Source of the DNA: Candidatus Hydrogenedentota bacterium
GTDB lineage: Bacteria; Hydrogenedentota; Hydrogenedentia; Hydrogenedentales; SLHB01
DNA length: 64,000 bases
NCBI GenBank assembly: GCA_045863295.1
Contig: BTWA01000012.1
Span: forward strand, 86,633 to 150,632
Direction of reading: 5' to 3'
In this document: one piece after another, positions 1 through 8,695 of the stretch
Layout of the letters: the number at the start of each line of letters is the position of its first letter
Position numbering within the stretch: the stretch's first letter is position 1
The notes under the pieces: model-generated
What the model saw: only the letters and a program-made list of their open reading frames with translations
Databases searched by the model: none
Told to the model about the DNA's origin: nothing
Made by a program: the position numbers and the translations under genes

Positions 1-501
1 GCTGTGTGTGTCCCCGACGATTCGAATGACGACGCTCTGTTGTTGTACTGGCGAGAAGAACCGGCGAGATGGCGGTACTTGAGACCCTCTAGCGAAGGCT
101 ATGTAGATCTGGATGAGTACAAAAAGAACACGATCGATCTGCGCTATCCTTGTTTCTCTCCGGAAGGTGCAATGCTGGTTTTCACGCGAGTGGAACGGGG
201 CAAGAACCAAAGTACCTTGCATGTGATGGACATGAACACGGGTACGGCAAGACAAGTGTATGGGCAGGGGAATTGGATTGAATCGCCTTGCTTTCTACTT
301 GGGGAGGAGAAGATCATTTTCATTGCCGTGGAGATGGAGGGAGGGCAGGCATGCCGCCAACTTTGGATGGTAGACACGGACGGTACGAACGCCAAACGGT
401 TGGACGCCGGGATCGGAACTACTGCGTCAGAATCGATGGCTACTCCGCCTCGGAAGCCCGGGAGGGTTGCGGGACCAAAAGTAGTAGTCCTCCGCCAATG
501 A
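1..501 (+). CDS. C-terminal part of TolB-like / PD40 beta-propeller protein (partial, starts before window)
   Basis: PD40-like units 'YPCFSPEGAMLVF' and 'SPCFLLGEEKIIF', plus 'LWMVDTDGTNAKRL'. Overlaps the 3' end of the convergent MFS gene. Confidence 0.6.
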   Translation, partial: AVCVPDDSNDDALLLYWREEPARWRYLRPSSEGYVDLDEYKKNTIDLRYPCFSPEGAMLVFTRVERGKNQSTLHVMDMNTGTARQVYGQGNWIESPCFLLGEEKIIFIAVEMEGGQACRQLWMVDTDGTNAKRLDAGIGTTASESMATPPRKPGRVAGPKVVVLRQ

Positions 502-1684
502 GGAACAAAACGATCAGGCTCAATACACCGGACTGCACGCGCCCGCTGACCTGCGTGAATATACCAACCAATAGCGGTCCAAGCACGGCGGCAAATTTGC
601 CGAAAATGTCGTAGAAGCCAAAGAACTGCGCTGCCTTCGTCTTCGGCACGATGGCTGCAAAATAGGACCGGCTTAACGCCTGTATGCCTCCCTGCGCCGT
701 GCCCACCAGAATCGCCATGATCCAGAACTCGGTGGCGCTGGTCACAAAGTAGGCGAAGACTGTGACACCCAGATAGATGACGAGACCGAACAGCAGCATG
801 TTTTTGCCGGTAAACGTTTTGGCCAGCATGCCGTAGATGATGGCGGAGGGAAACGCCACAATCTGAGTAACAAGGAAGATCATCAGCAATGTGTTGTCTG
901 TCAGACCAATGTCCTTGCCAAACACCGTCGCCATTTTGATGATTGTATGCACGCCATCGATATAGCAGAAATAGGCCAGCAAGAAGAGAAAGACATGCCG
1001 GTAATGCCGGATTTCGGATAGGGTCTTGAACAGTCGGGCAAAGCTCTCCGTCACCGGATTTCCCGAACTCTCCAAGAAATGCTTTTGGCGGACGTTTAAC
1101 AACAGGGGAACAGTCAACAGCAACCACCAAGTAGCCGTAATTACAAACCCGATGCGTGTCGCCGTCACAGTTTCAATTCCTAACTGAGGCGCCATCCGGA
1201 CAATTCCCAACACGAGGATAAACGGCAATACACTTCCGATGTAGCCCCACGCGAACCCGGATGCGGAAATCCAGTCCATGCGTTCGTCATCCGTCACATC
1301 CACCAAAAACGAATCGTAAAACACGACTGCCCCGTAAAACCCAATCGAAGACACGGCATAAATGATCGCGCACGTCAGCCACGCGCCTTCCTGAACCGCC
1401 ACCAGGGCCAGCGTCGAAACAATGCCAATGGCAAAAAACGCCATAAACAGGCGCTTCTTGAAGTCCTTCAAATCCGCCATCGCCCCAAGCACAGGCGCCA
1501 CCAGCGCCACGCACAACGAGGCCGCTGTGTTGGTGTACGCCCAATATGCTGTCGAAGTCTCGCTGTCCAGCCCCTGAGCCGCCACGTTCTTAAAGAAAAT
1601 GGGGAGGACCGTCGCCGTTATGATTAGGGTATACGCCGAATTCCCCACATCATAGAGAATCCAGCTCCGCTCTTGCTTGGTCAT
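440..1684 (-). CDS. MFS transporter, ATG22/UMF1-like family
   Basis: 414 aa with about 12 hydrophobic segments; N-terminal 'WILYDVGNSAY', 'LVAPVLGAMAD', 'GGIQALSRSYF', 'QFFGFY'. Confidence 0.85.
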   Translation of the reverse strand: MTKQERSWILYDVGNSAYTLIITATVLPIFFKNVAAQGLDSETSTAYWAYTNTAASLCVALVAPVLGAMADLKDFKKRLFMAFFAIGIVSTLALVAVQEGAWLTCAIIYAVSSIGFYGAVVFYDSFLVDVTDDERMDWISASGFAWGYIGSVLPFILVLGIVRMAPQLGIETVTATRIGFVITATWWLLLTVPLLLNVRQKHFLESSGNPVTESFARLFKTLSEIRHYRHVFLFLLAYFCYIDGVHTIIKMATVFGKDIGLTDNTLLMIFLVTQIVAFPSAIIYGMLAKTFTGKNMLLFGLVIYLGVTVFAYFVTSATEFWIMAILVGTAQGGIQALSRSYFAAIVPKTKAAQFFGFYDIFGKFAAVLGPLLVGIFTQVSGRVQSGVLSLIVLFLIGGGLLLLVPQPSRASEAE

Positions 1685-1941
1685 GCAAACGCCCCTGAAG
1701 TTATTGCGGAATTGTGACTACCTAAATTGTGGTAATCAAGCGGACCATCACCCGGTGGACGCCAATAGGCCACAATACGCCTCCCAATAAGCAACCGACC
1801 GAAGTCCGGACCATTGAATGCAATTTGATCCTTCTCTACAATCCCATTGGACAGTTAGGTACCGGCTGGGTCCAAGAGAGGCGCCGGGAGCCGTAGCGAC
1901 TCACTGGAGTCCGCCCATCAGGTGCAGATACCGGGAACGGA

Positions 1942-3888
1942 ATGAGAATCCGAACAAAAACCGGGCTGGTGTTTGTTGGCGTCGTCGCGCCTTTGGTCTG
2001 CGCGGTATACGCGATTTCACAAATCATACTGCTGCGTCACTTCTCTCAAATCGAAGTGGCCGACGCCCGACGCACCATAGTACAGGTGGAAAACGTCCTC
2101 AAAGCTCGTGTGGAAGACCTCTCTGTACGGGTTGCGGACTGGGCGAATTGGGACGAAACGTACCGCTTCTTGCAAGACGCAAATCAGAGTTTCGTCGTCC
2201 AAAACCTGAATTCGGAGTCATTTGTCTACGGGTTGAATGTAAATTTTGCCGTTTTTCTTGACACGGAACGTCGTGTAGTGCGCGTGGCTGGATTCGATTT
2301 GGAATCCGGCGAACCCATGGATCCCCCCGCAGAATTCCTGCACTCCCTCACTCCTGAAAACCCGTTACTGACGGCAAGGCCTTCGGATTCGCCTGCGGCC
2401 GGATTTGCCTTTCTTGATGCCGGATTGCTGATGGTATCCGGATTGCCCGTATTGAAGAGCGATTTCACGGGGCCGCCCACGGGGTACCTTGTCTTTGCCG
2501 TGCTGATGGACAGTCGGTACGTACGCAGTCTGGGTGATATGTTGGGACACACCATTGAAGTCTTAGCACCCGGAGCCGGGATCAACCAAGGTGAGTATGA
2601 TGCTCTCTTCGCGGAATTTAAGGCGAACAATGCCCCGCCGGTTTCGGTTCTGGACGACCGGCAAATCGCCGCATATTCATTTCTCACAGATGTTCACGGA
2701 AATCCGGGGTCCATACTACGAGTAAGTGTGCCTCGAGATACCTATCCACAAGGCGTGCGCGCTCTGAATTTGCTGATGTTTGCACTGATTCTCGTGGGCG
2801 TATCCGTTTCCGTCGCCTCAATGCTGTTATGGGATCGTTTTGTACTGGCACGAATCGCGAGACTGAGCGCGGAAATTGCCGCGATCAGTCAAAGACGCAA
2901 CACAGCGCAACGCGTCACCGTAAGCGGTAACGATGAAATCACCTCCTTCGAAACCATGATTAACGAGATGTTGGAAACCGTGCATTCGGCAGAATCCGCA
3001 CTAATGGAGAACGACGCCAGGCTTCGTGCCATTTTATACACGGCGGTGGACGGTATAGTTACAATCGATGGAACGGGCGCTATTCAAAGTCTCAATCGGT
3101 CCGCGGAAGTCACTTTTGGATATGCACCCAACGAAGTCATCGGCCGGCGATTCGACATCCTTGTGCCGGACATCGATCCAGAACCACATACAAACCAGCC
3201 GGCAATGAATATGCAAGAGTATCTTGGATCGGGCCGGGAGGTTGTGGGACGCCGCAAGAATGGCGAATCATTCCCATTGTATCTGGCCGTGAGTGAAGTA
3301 CCCTTAAAGAACATGCACATATACTCCGCAATCATGCGGGACATCACGGTCGCGAAACGCAATGAAGCAAAACTAACGGAATTGGCCACAATTGACTCGC
3401 TCACAGGATTGAACAATCGAAGATATTTCCTGGAAAGACTAGAATTCGCCGTGGAGTCCAAGAAGCGATTCGGCCATGCCATGTGTGCGGCGTACCTCGA
3501 CGTTGACGAGTTTAAACAGGTCAATGACCACTTCGGCCATGCCGTAGGCGACGACGTTCTGGCGGCTCTGGGAAAGATCATTCAGGCCGAAGTGCGGAAA
3601 ATCGATATCGCCGGCCGTTTGGGCGGCGACGAGTTTTGTATCGTGTTCATTCAAACTACGGCCAAAGCGGCATTATTAAGTGTGGACCGTATCCGGAAAG
3701 CCATAGAGGCCGTATCCTTTGGGCACGATGCCGCACGGCCTGTCCGAGTGACCATTACGGCGGGGCTAGCCGATATGCCGCAGGGTGAATGCAGCGCCAA
3801 ATCACTTCTGGAAGCGGCGGATTCGGCCTTGTATAAGGCAAAAGAACTTGGCAAGAATCGTTGCGGTGTCTTCAACGAGCAATCATAG
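1942..3888 (+). CDS. Membrane diguanylate cyclase (TM-CHASE4-TM-HAMP-PAS-GGDEF)
   Basis: CHASE4 'DWANWDETYRF'; HAMP 'GNDEITSF'; PAS ending 'MRDIT'; 'DSLTGLNNRR'; intact 'RLGGDEF' with an RxxD inhibitory site (RKID). Confidence 0.92.
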   Translation: MRIRTKTGLVFVGVVAPLVCAVYAISQIILLRHFSQIEVADARRTIVQVENVLKARVEDLSVRVADWANWDETYRFLQDANQSFVVQNLNSESFVYGLNVNFAVFLDTERRVVRVAGFDLESGEPMDPPAEFLHSLTPENPLLTARPSDSPAAGFAFLDAGLLMVSGLPVLKSDFTGPPTGYLVFAVLMDSRYVRSLGDMLGHTIEVLAPGAGINQGEYDALFAEFKANNAPPVSVLDDRQIAAYSFLTDVHGNPGSILRVSVPRDTYPQGVRALNLLMFALILVGVSVSVASMLLWDRFVLARIARLSAEIAAISQRRNTAQRVTVSGNDEITSFETMINEMLETVHSAESALMENDARLRAILYTAVDGIVTIDGTGAIQSLNRSAEVTFGYAPNEVIGRRFDILVPDIDPEPHTNQPAMNMQEYLGSGREVVGRRKNGESFPLYLAVSEVPLKNMHIYSAIMRDITVAKRNEAKLTELATIDSLTGLNNRRYFLERLEFAVESKKRFGHAMCAAYLDVDEFKQVNDHFGHAVGDDVLAALGKIIQAEVRKIDIAGRLGGDEFCIVFIQTTAKAALLSVDRIRKAIEAVSFGHDAARPVRVTITAGLADMPQGECSAKSLLEAADSALYKAKELGKNRCGVFNEQS

Positions 3889-3920
3889 AAGCCCCGTAGG
3901 GTAGACCTCTGAATATTCGC

Positions 3921-4091
3921 TCATAAAGGCTGCTTTGGCACAAGTACTTGCGCTGATGTCGCGTTTCCGTCTTCAACATTCGTTGACACTTTGGGGAGAT
4001 ACGATTCAGGCGGTGCGTTCGTTGAAGTGAAGACGAGGAAGAGAAGGGCTAAAAGCAATGCAAGGCCTATCCGCTTTGCCAAAGTGTTCAT
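3921..4091 (-). CDS. Putative small exported/membrane peptide (56 aa)
   Basis: ATG at 4091 gives MNTLAKRIGLALLLALLFLVFTST..., a basic N-region followed by a hydrophobic helix. Starts 38 bp after the sulfotransferase stop on the same strand; RBS is weak. Confidence 0.4.
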   Translation of the reverse strand: MNTLAKRIGLALLLALLFLVFTSTNAPPESYLPKVSTNVEDGNATSAQVLVPKQPL

Positions 4092-4129
4092 GAGAACAGT
4101 AATCCCTGAACCCTCGGCAGAGTTGCCGT

Positions 4130-5143
4130 CTATTCGCGCAACAAAACATCGCAGACCAGACGGGCCTTGCTCAGCACTCCCCGGAACATGCCGCCCTTCT
4201 GCGCCTGCGCACGGAGCCCCACGATGAGTTTGCGTTGCAGCCGGTAGCGCGTGAGGCCTGATGCGCGGCTGGCGACGCTCTTTCCTTGGACCTGTTCCAG
4301 TGCTTCCCAGAAACTCGCCGGAGGATATCCCCAGACGGTCAGATCCTCTTCGGCCAGCCGGTCGACAATAGCCCGCATCATCGAGAGTTTCAACGGATCG
4401 GCCACCAATTCCGATGCCCACTTTTCGATAGATCCGGTCTGTGGCCGATCGTGCTGCGTGACGCCAATGGGATCTCCCAGACCGTCTGAGTGCGCGGTTC
4501 CCGGCCGTTCGCCGTAATTGACCATCGCCGGTTCATACGGCACGCCGATGTAGGCACAGATTTCCTGCATCCAAAGTTCGGGTTTCCGAACCAAATCCTC
4601 GTACCGCACATGAAATACTTGCGGATAGTCCCTCCGCAGAAAGTCCGCGATGGCGGGAACATACCGGTTCAACAAAGGATTGTAATTCTGTGCAGCCTGA
4701 TAATTTCCATCAAAAAACGAATTGGCATACGATGAAAATACCGCCAATGGATGCCGAGTCAGTACAACGTACTTCGCATCCGGAAACACCTTGGCGATAA
4801 ACGGCAAAATGAGCGCGTACGCAGGCGTCTTGTCCAGGCAAATGTGCTTTCCGCTCCCCGCAATATACGCTCCATATAGAGTGTCGCAATATGCGCGGCA
4901 TGCTTTCCAATAGTCTGATTCGCCACCGGGCAACTTGCTGATGAATAGCTTTTGTGATTCCGCCGCCAGTACATGGTCATATGGGGCTTTGTCCACGTTG
5001 GCCCATACCCCCAAGTGCGCCAACGGGGTCAGCAAGTGCGGCTCGGGGCCGCCATGAATAAGGGAATGGCCTTCCAGCATGCGTTCCAGCATCGTGCTCC
5101 CCGATCGAGGGGCACTTATCACGAAAACCATGGGAACACTCAT
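4130..5143 (-). CDS. PAPS-dependent sulfotransferase (Sulfotransfer_3-like)
   Basis: 5'-PSB loop 'APRSGSTML', 'DKTP', 3'-PB 'LTRHPLAVFSS', 'VRYEDLV'. Confidence 0.9.
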   Translation of the reverse strand: MSVPMVFVISAPRSGSTMLERMLEGHSLIHGGPEPHLLTPLAHLGVWANVDKAPYDHVLAAESQKLFISKLPGGESDYWKACRAYCDTLYGAYIAGSGKHICLDKTPAYALILPFIAKVFPDAKYVVLTRHPLAVFSSYANSFFDGNYQAAQNYNPLLNRYVPAIADFLRRDYPQVFHVRYEDLVRKPELWMQEICAYIGVPYEPAMVNYGERPGTAHSDGLGDPIGVTQHDRPQTGSIEKWASELVADPLKLSMMRAIVDRLAEEDLTVWGYPPASFWEALEQVQGKSVASRASGLTRYRLQRKLIVGLRAQAQKGGMFRGVLSKARLVCDVLLRE

Positions 5144-5345
5144 TGAATAAACGGCCCTTCCTAGTCGTCAACAGAGTAGCTGGAAGCGTAGTCACTGGGG
5201 CGAAGCATTTCAAATTGCACAGTGTTTCAATCGGCAGTGCAGAAGATCCCGTGGCTTTTGATATAGTCTGTCGCTTGTGACCGGAAAAGGCCATTGCCGA
5301 TCCGGGAGTCCTGGTAACTTCAAGCATTGAACGGGCGGATGTAGT

Positions 5346-8300
5346 GTGAAAAATGTAAAACGTGTCGTCGTCAAGGCCGCCGTGTTTGGACTAAAGCTGG
5401 CTGTCGTTGTAGGCCTCTTTGTGTTCATTTTCCGGCCAGAAACCTTTGGATTTCGCGCTGACCTCTTCAAGAATATTACTCCGTGGACGATTGTCGAGAC
5501 GTGCAAGCAACTCGATCCGGTCAACGTTCTTTTGTGGCTCGGCTTTGCTTCCATCGCCAAACTGACCGGAATAACCTGCGGTATTCTCCGGTGGAACCTT
5601 TTACTGAGAGGGCAGGGTCTCAAACTTCCTATGCTCTATTTGGCGAAATGTTGGTTCTGGGGGCGGGCCATTGGTTTGTTCCTCCCGGGCACCGTGGGAT
5701 TGGACGGATACAGGCTTGTCGAGTCGTCCACCTTCACGCGCGAACCCATTAAATGTACATCCGTCATCGCCGTGGAAAAGCTTACCGGGTTCATTGCATT
5801 GTTTGGTCTGGTCTTTTTGACGGTTCCACTGGGACTTCGGGTATTCAACTTCAATCTTGCCATGCTGACTCTGGTCCTACTCTGCCTCGCAGCATTCGTG
5901 TCGGTCACACTCATGTTGCTCATGAATCCACGAGTCATACAGGTATTGGCGGCAGCATTTCCCGTGCCAGCGCGTATCCGGGACAAAGTAAACAAGTTGG
6001 GCTTTGCCGTAACGGCCTACAGCGGTCAGCGCGCGAGATTGTTACTCGCTCTGTTGCTTGCCTTTGGCGTGCATCTTGGCATTTGTTTTATGTATTTCGG
6101 CACGGCCATGGCCATCAAAGCGCCAAACACATCGTTGCTGGATATTCTGTTTGCCAGCCCACTCGTGATTGTCGCCTCGGTTTTCGGACCCACAGTGAGT
6201 GGCGCGGGAGCCCGCGAACTTGTGTTTGGCGCGCTGCTTGGAGATAAGTCCGGCATGGCGAATGCCGTGCTGTTCGGCCATCTGGGGCTCTGGATTGGCG
6301 AAGTCATCCCTCTGATAGTTAGCCTTCCGCTGCTGCTCACGTCTACTCGTCCCAAACGCGACGTGTTACTGGAGGAAGTGGCAGACCTCCGTCATGCCAT
6401 TGATGAGGCGGATCAATCCGTTCACTTGCCCGAGGCCGACGTAATGCGTTATCGAAATACCATCCTGAGTACCTTGCTTGCTGGTCTTGCGGCTGGCGGA
6501 ATCGGCGGTGCATGCATCGGCTTTGTGGAAGCTTCCTGGGTAGCCAGCACATTGAGCGGCTTGTCCGAATTGGGTGCGTTCTGGTGGGGGACAATTGTCT
6601 ACGCCGTCCTATTTGGTGGACTCGGACTGGGGGTCGGTGCCGCACTGCTATTCTTCTATTTGATTGCCGACCGCCTGGGACCGGCTTCCGTTTCTTTTGG
6701 CATCACTTTGGGCACCATTCTAGCCGTGGGTGTCTTAATTATCGGCCGCTGGCGTTACCAGCGCGATGTGCTTATCGAACACGCCCTCAGCCGAAACGAA
6801 AACCTCGCTGTATTCGGCGCCGCATTGGCCGTCTTTGCCGTTGGATTTGCTGTTGGAGGAGGAATCGCATTCGCGTTGCGCAATCGTACACCTCTCTGGA
6901 GTAGAGCGCTCGCGACAGGTGCCCTCATCGCCGTAATTGCCGCCGCATTCTTTCGATCAGCCATGTACGTACCTGAGGCGGAACAACGGCAGTTTGATCC
7001 ACTGCCCTCGGCACAAGGCCCGAATATCATTCTCGTAGCTATCGACACACTTCGAGCGGATTACCTGCGCGCCTACCGTCCTGACGCCAAGGCCTACACG
7101 CCGAACATAGATGCGTTTTTGGGCGATAGCGTCTTGTTTGCCAGCAGTTTCGCGCAATCCTCATGGACCAAGGCTTCGTTCGGCACCATTTTTTCAGGAA
7201 TGCACCCCCAAGCCCACAAAGCAGTCACCAAAAGCGCCTCGTTGCCCAATGACGTCGAGACTCTGGCCGAAGGATTGTTTGCAGGAGGCTATTACACCCA
7301 GGGTTTCCCCAACAACGCCAACATCTTTAGTGTGTTCAACTACGGCCAGGGATTTGTCCAGTACAAAGACTTACTGCCTGACCGGTACTGCGGAGCCACT
7401 GAGTCGGCCGCCCGCCTTTCCCTGTATGAAGTCGTCCGGCGAGTCGTGGAAACTATAAACGCGAAAGTTCTTGGCGGACGCATTGTAATCAGCAACTTCT
7501 ATCAGCCGGGTGAAGTGATTACGAAAACCGCGTTGGAATGGATCGACGGAGACGAGCGTCCGGCCGGAGCACCATTCTACCTCTTCTTACACTACATGGA
7601 CCCGCACGATCCATTCCGGGATCCGGAAAGGCCTGGCAAAGGCTATGCACGTGTGCAACGTCCCAACCCCGATCCGGAAAAATTTCGCGAAGCGTTTATC
7701 CGGTCATACAACTATGAAATCGAATACCTGGATGAGCAACTGGGGAAATTGTTTCAAGGGCTGAAAGACAGGGGTATCTATGACGATGCTCTTATCGTGT
7801 TTACTAGCGACCATGGCGAAGAATTTTGTGAGCACGGAGGTTTTTGGCACGGGCTTAGTCTCTACGAAGAACAAATCCGGATCCCATTGGCCATAAAGCT
7901 CCCTGGCAACAGGCACGCCGGCGCTCGACAGACACAAATCGCAAGACATATCGACATCGCGCCAACGATTCTACTTACCGCTGGCCTGCAGCCCTTGCCC
8001 GCCATGCAGGGAGAGCCTCTATTTTCCTTTGACGGCAATCCCGTGGATAACAGCGTGTCCGAGACCTACGCCCACCTCGATTTCGAAGGAATCCAGCTGA
8101 AGGCCGTCCGGACTCCGGAATCGAAGCTAATTACGTCCAACGAAAACAAAAGGAAGTATGCCCCGATTGAACTGTTTGATCTCCAAACGGATCCGGCTGA
8201 GAAAAACAACTTGGCAGGCAAAAACGTACCGTCGGAACAACAACTGCTGGACCTGCTGGATCAATTTCAGGAAACTGTCTCAATCGTAGGTGTCGCAAAC

Positions 8301-8366
8301 GAACAGACAACGACGGTGGACAAGGCGACAGAAGAAGCGCTTCGCAGTATTGGCTATGGCGAATAA
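5346..8366 (+). CDS. Fusion of LPG-synthase-TM/flippase-like domain, extra TM bundle and C-terminal sulfatase-fold (alkaline phosphatase superfamily) domain
   Basis: N-terminal 'RWNLLL...FLPGTVGLDGYR...VEKLTG...GAGARE' pattern typical of LPG_synthase_TM/UPF0104. C-terminal 'PNIILVAIDTLRAD', 'QSSWTKAS', 'YMDPHDP', 'SDHGE', 'ELFDLQTDPAE', 'LRSIGY'. Confidence 0.85.
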   Translation: MKNVKRVVVKAAVFGLKLAVVVGLFVFIFRPETFGFRADLFKNITPWTIVETCKQLDPVNVLLWLGFASIAKLTGITCGILRWNLLLRGQGLKLPMLYLAKCWFWGRAIGLFLPGTVGLDGYRLVESSTFTREPIKCTSVIAVEKLTGFIALFGLVFLTVPLGLRVFNFNLAMLTLVLLCLAAFVSVTLMLLMNPRVIQVLAAAFPVPARIRDKVNKLGFAVTAYSGQRARLLLALLLAFGVHLGICFMYFGTAMAIKAPNTSLLDILFASPLVIVASVFGPTVSGAGARELVFGALLGDKSGMANAVLFGHLGLWIGEVIPLIVSLPLLLTSTRPKRDVLLEEVADLRHAIDEADQSVHLPEADVMRYRNTILSTLLAGLAAGGIGGACIGFVEASWVASTLSGLSELGAFWWGTIVYAVLFGGLGLGVGAALLFFYLIADRLGPASVSFGITLGTILAVGVLIIGRWRYQRDVLIEHALSRNENLAVFGAALAVFAVGFAVGGGIAFALRNRTPLWSRALATGALIAVIAAAFFRSAMYVPEAEQRQFDPLPSAQGPNIILVAIDTLRADYLRAYRPDAKAYTPNIDAFLGDSVLFASSFAQSSWTKASFGTIFSGMHPQAHKAVTKSASLPNDVETLAEGLFAGGYYTQGFPNNANIFSVFNYGQGFVQYKDLLPDRYCGATESAARLSLYEVVRRVVETINAKVLGGRIVISNFYQPGEVITKTALEWIDGDERPAGAPFYLFLHYMDPHDPFRDPERPGKGYARVQRPNPDPEKFREAFIRSYNYEIEYLDEQLGKLFQGLKDRGIYDDALIVFTSDHGEEFCEHGGFWHGLSLYEEQIRIPLAIKLPGNRHAGARQTQIARHIDIAPTILLTAGLQPLPAMQGEPLFSFDGNPVDNSVSETYAHLDFEGIQLKAVRTPESKLITSNENKRKYAPIELFDLQTDPAEKNNLAGKNVPSEQQLLDLLDQFQETVSIVGVANEQTTTVDKATEEALRSIGYGE

Positions 8367-8481
8367 CCCCAAGTGAACTGCTGTAGTAACGCCCTAAGCC
8401 CCAGGGTTTCTATTGTAACCTGTTGTGTCGGCATGTTTTACGAATATGCAGCATGTGAAAAGGAAATCTTCTTACAAGTGG

Positions 8482-8510
8482 TTGCAAATTCCGCTCTATC
8501 TGTCTATCAT
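8482..8510 (+). promoter_or_regulatory. Putative sigma70 promoter of the PKD lipoprotein gene
   Basis: TTGCAA (8482-8487), 17-bp spacer, TATCAT (8505-8510). Confidence 0.4.
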
Positions 8511-8695
8511 TTCCCAAGTGGGCTTGGGGGAGCATGATGCCGTATCTCGCTGTCAGTCAAGAAATCTCTATTTGCCTGACGATTGCAACATCATGCTCGC
8601 CGTGTGGTAATATGATGCAGCTATGATTGGTCGGGGGTCTGGATACGGAACGCGTAACTCTTTGGGAACGCGCATCGTAGGGAGAAGCCCAGCGC

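Noticed and set aside
144..1130. 328-aa ORF overlapping the MFS gene
   Set aside because: Alternative frame of a well-supported gene; no recognisable motifs.
5346..8366. Call as a canonical arylsulfatase
   Set aside because: Lacks the (C/S)xPxR formylglycine motif.
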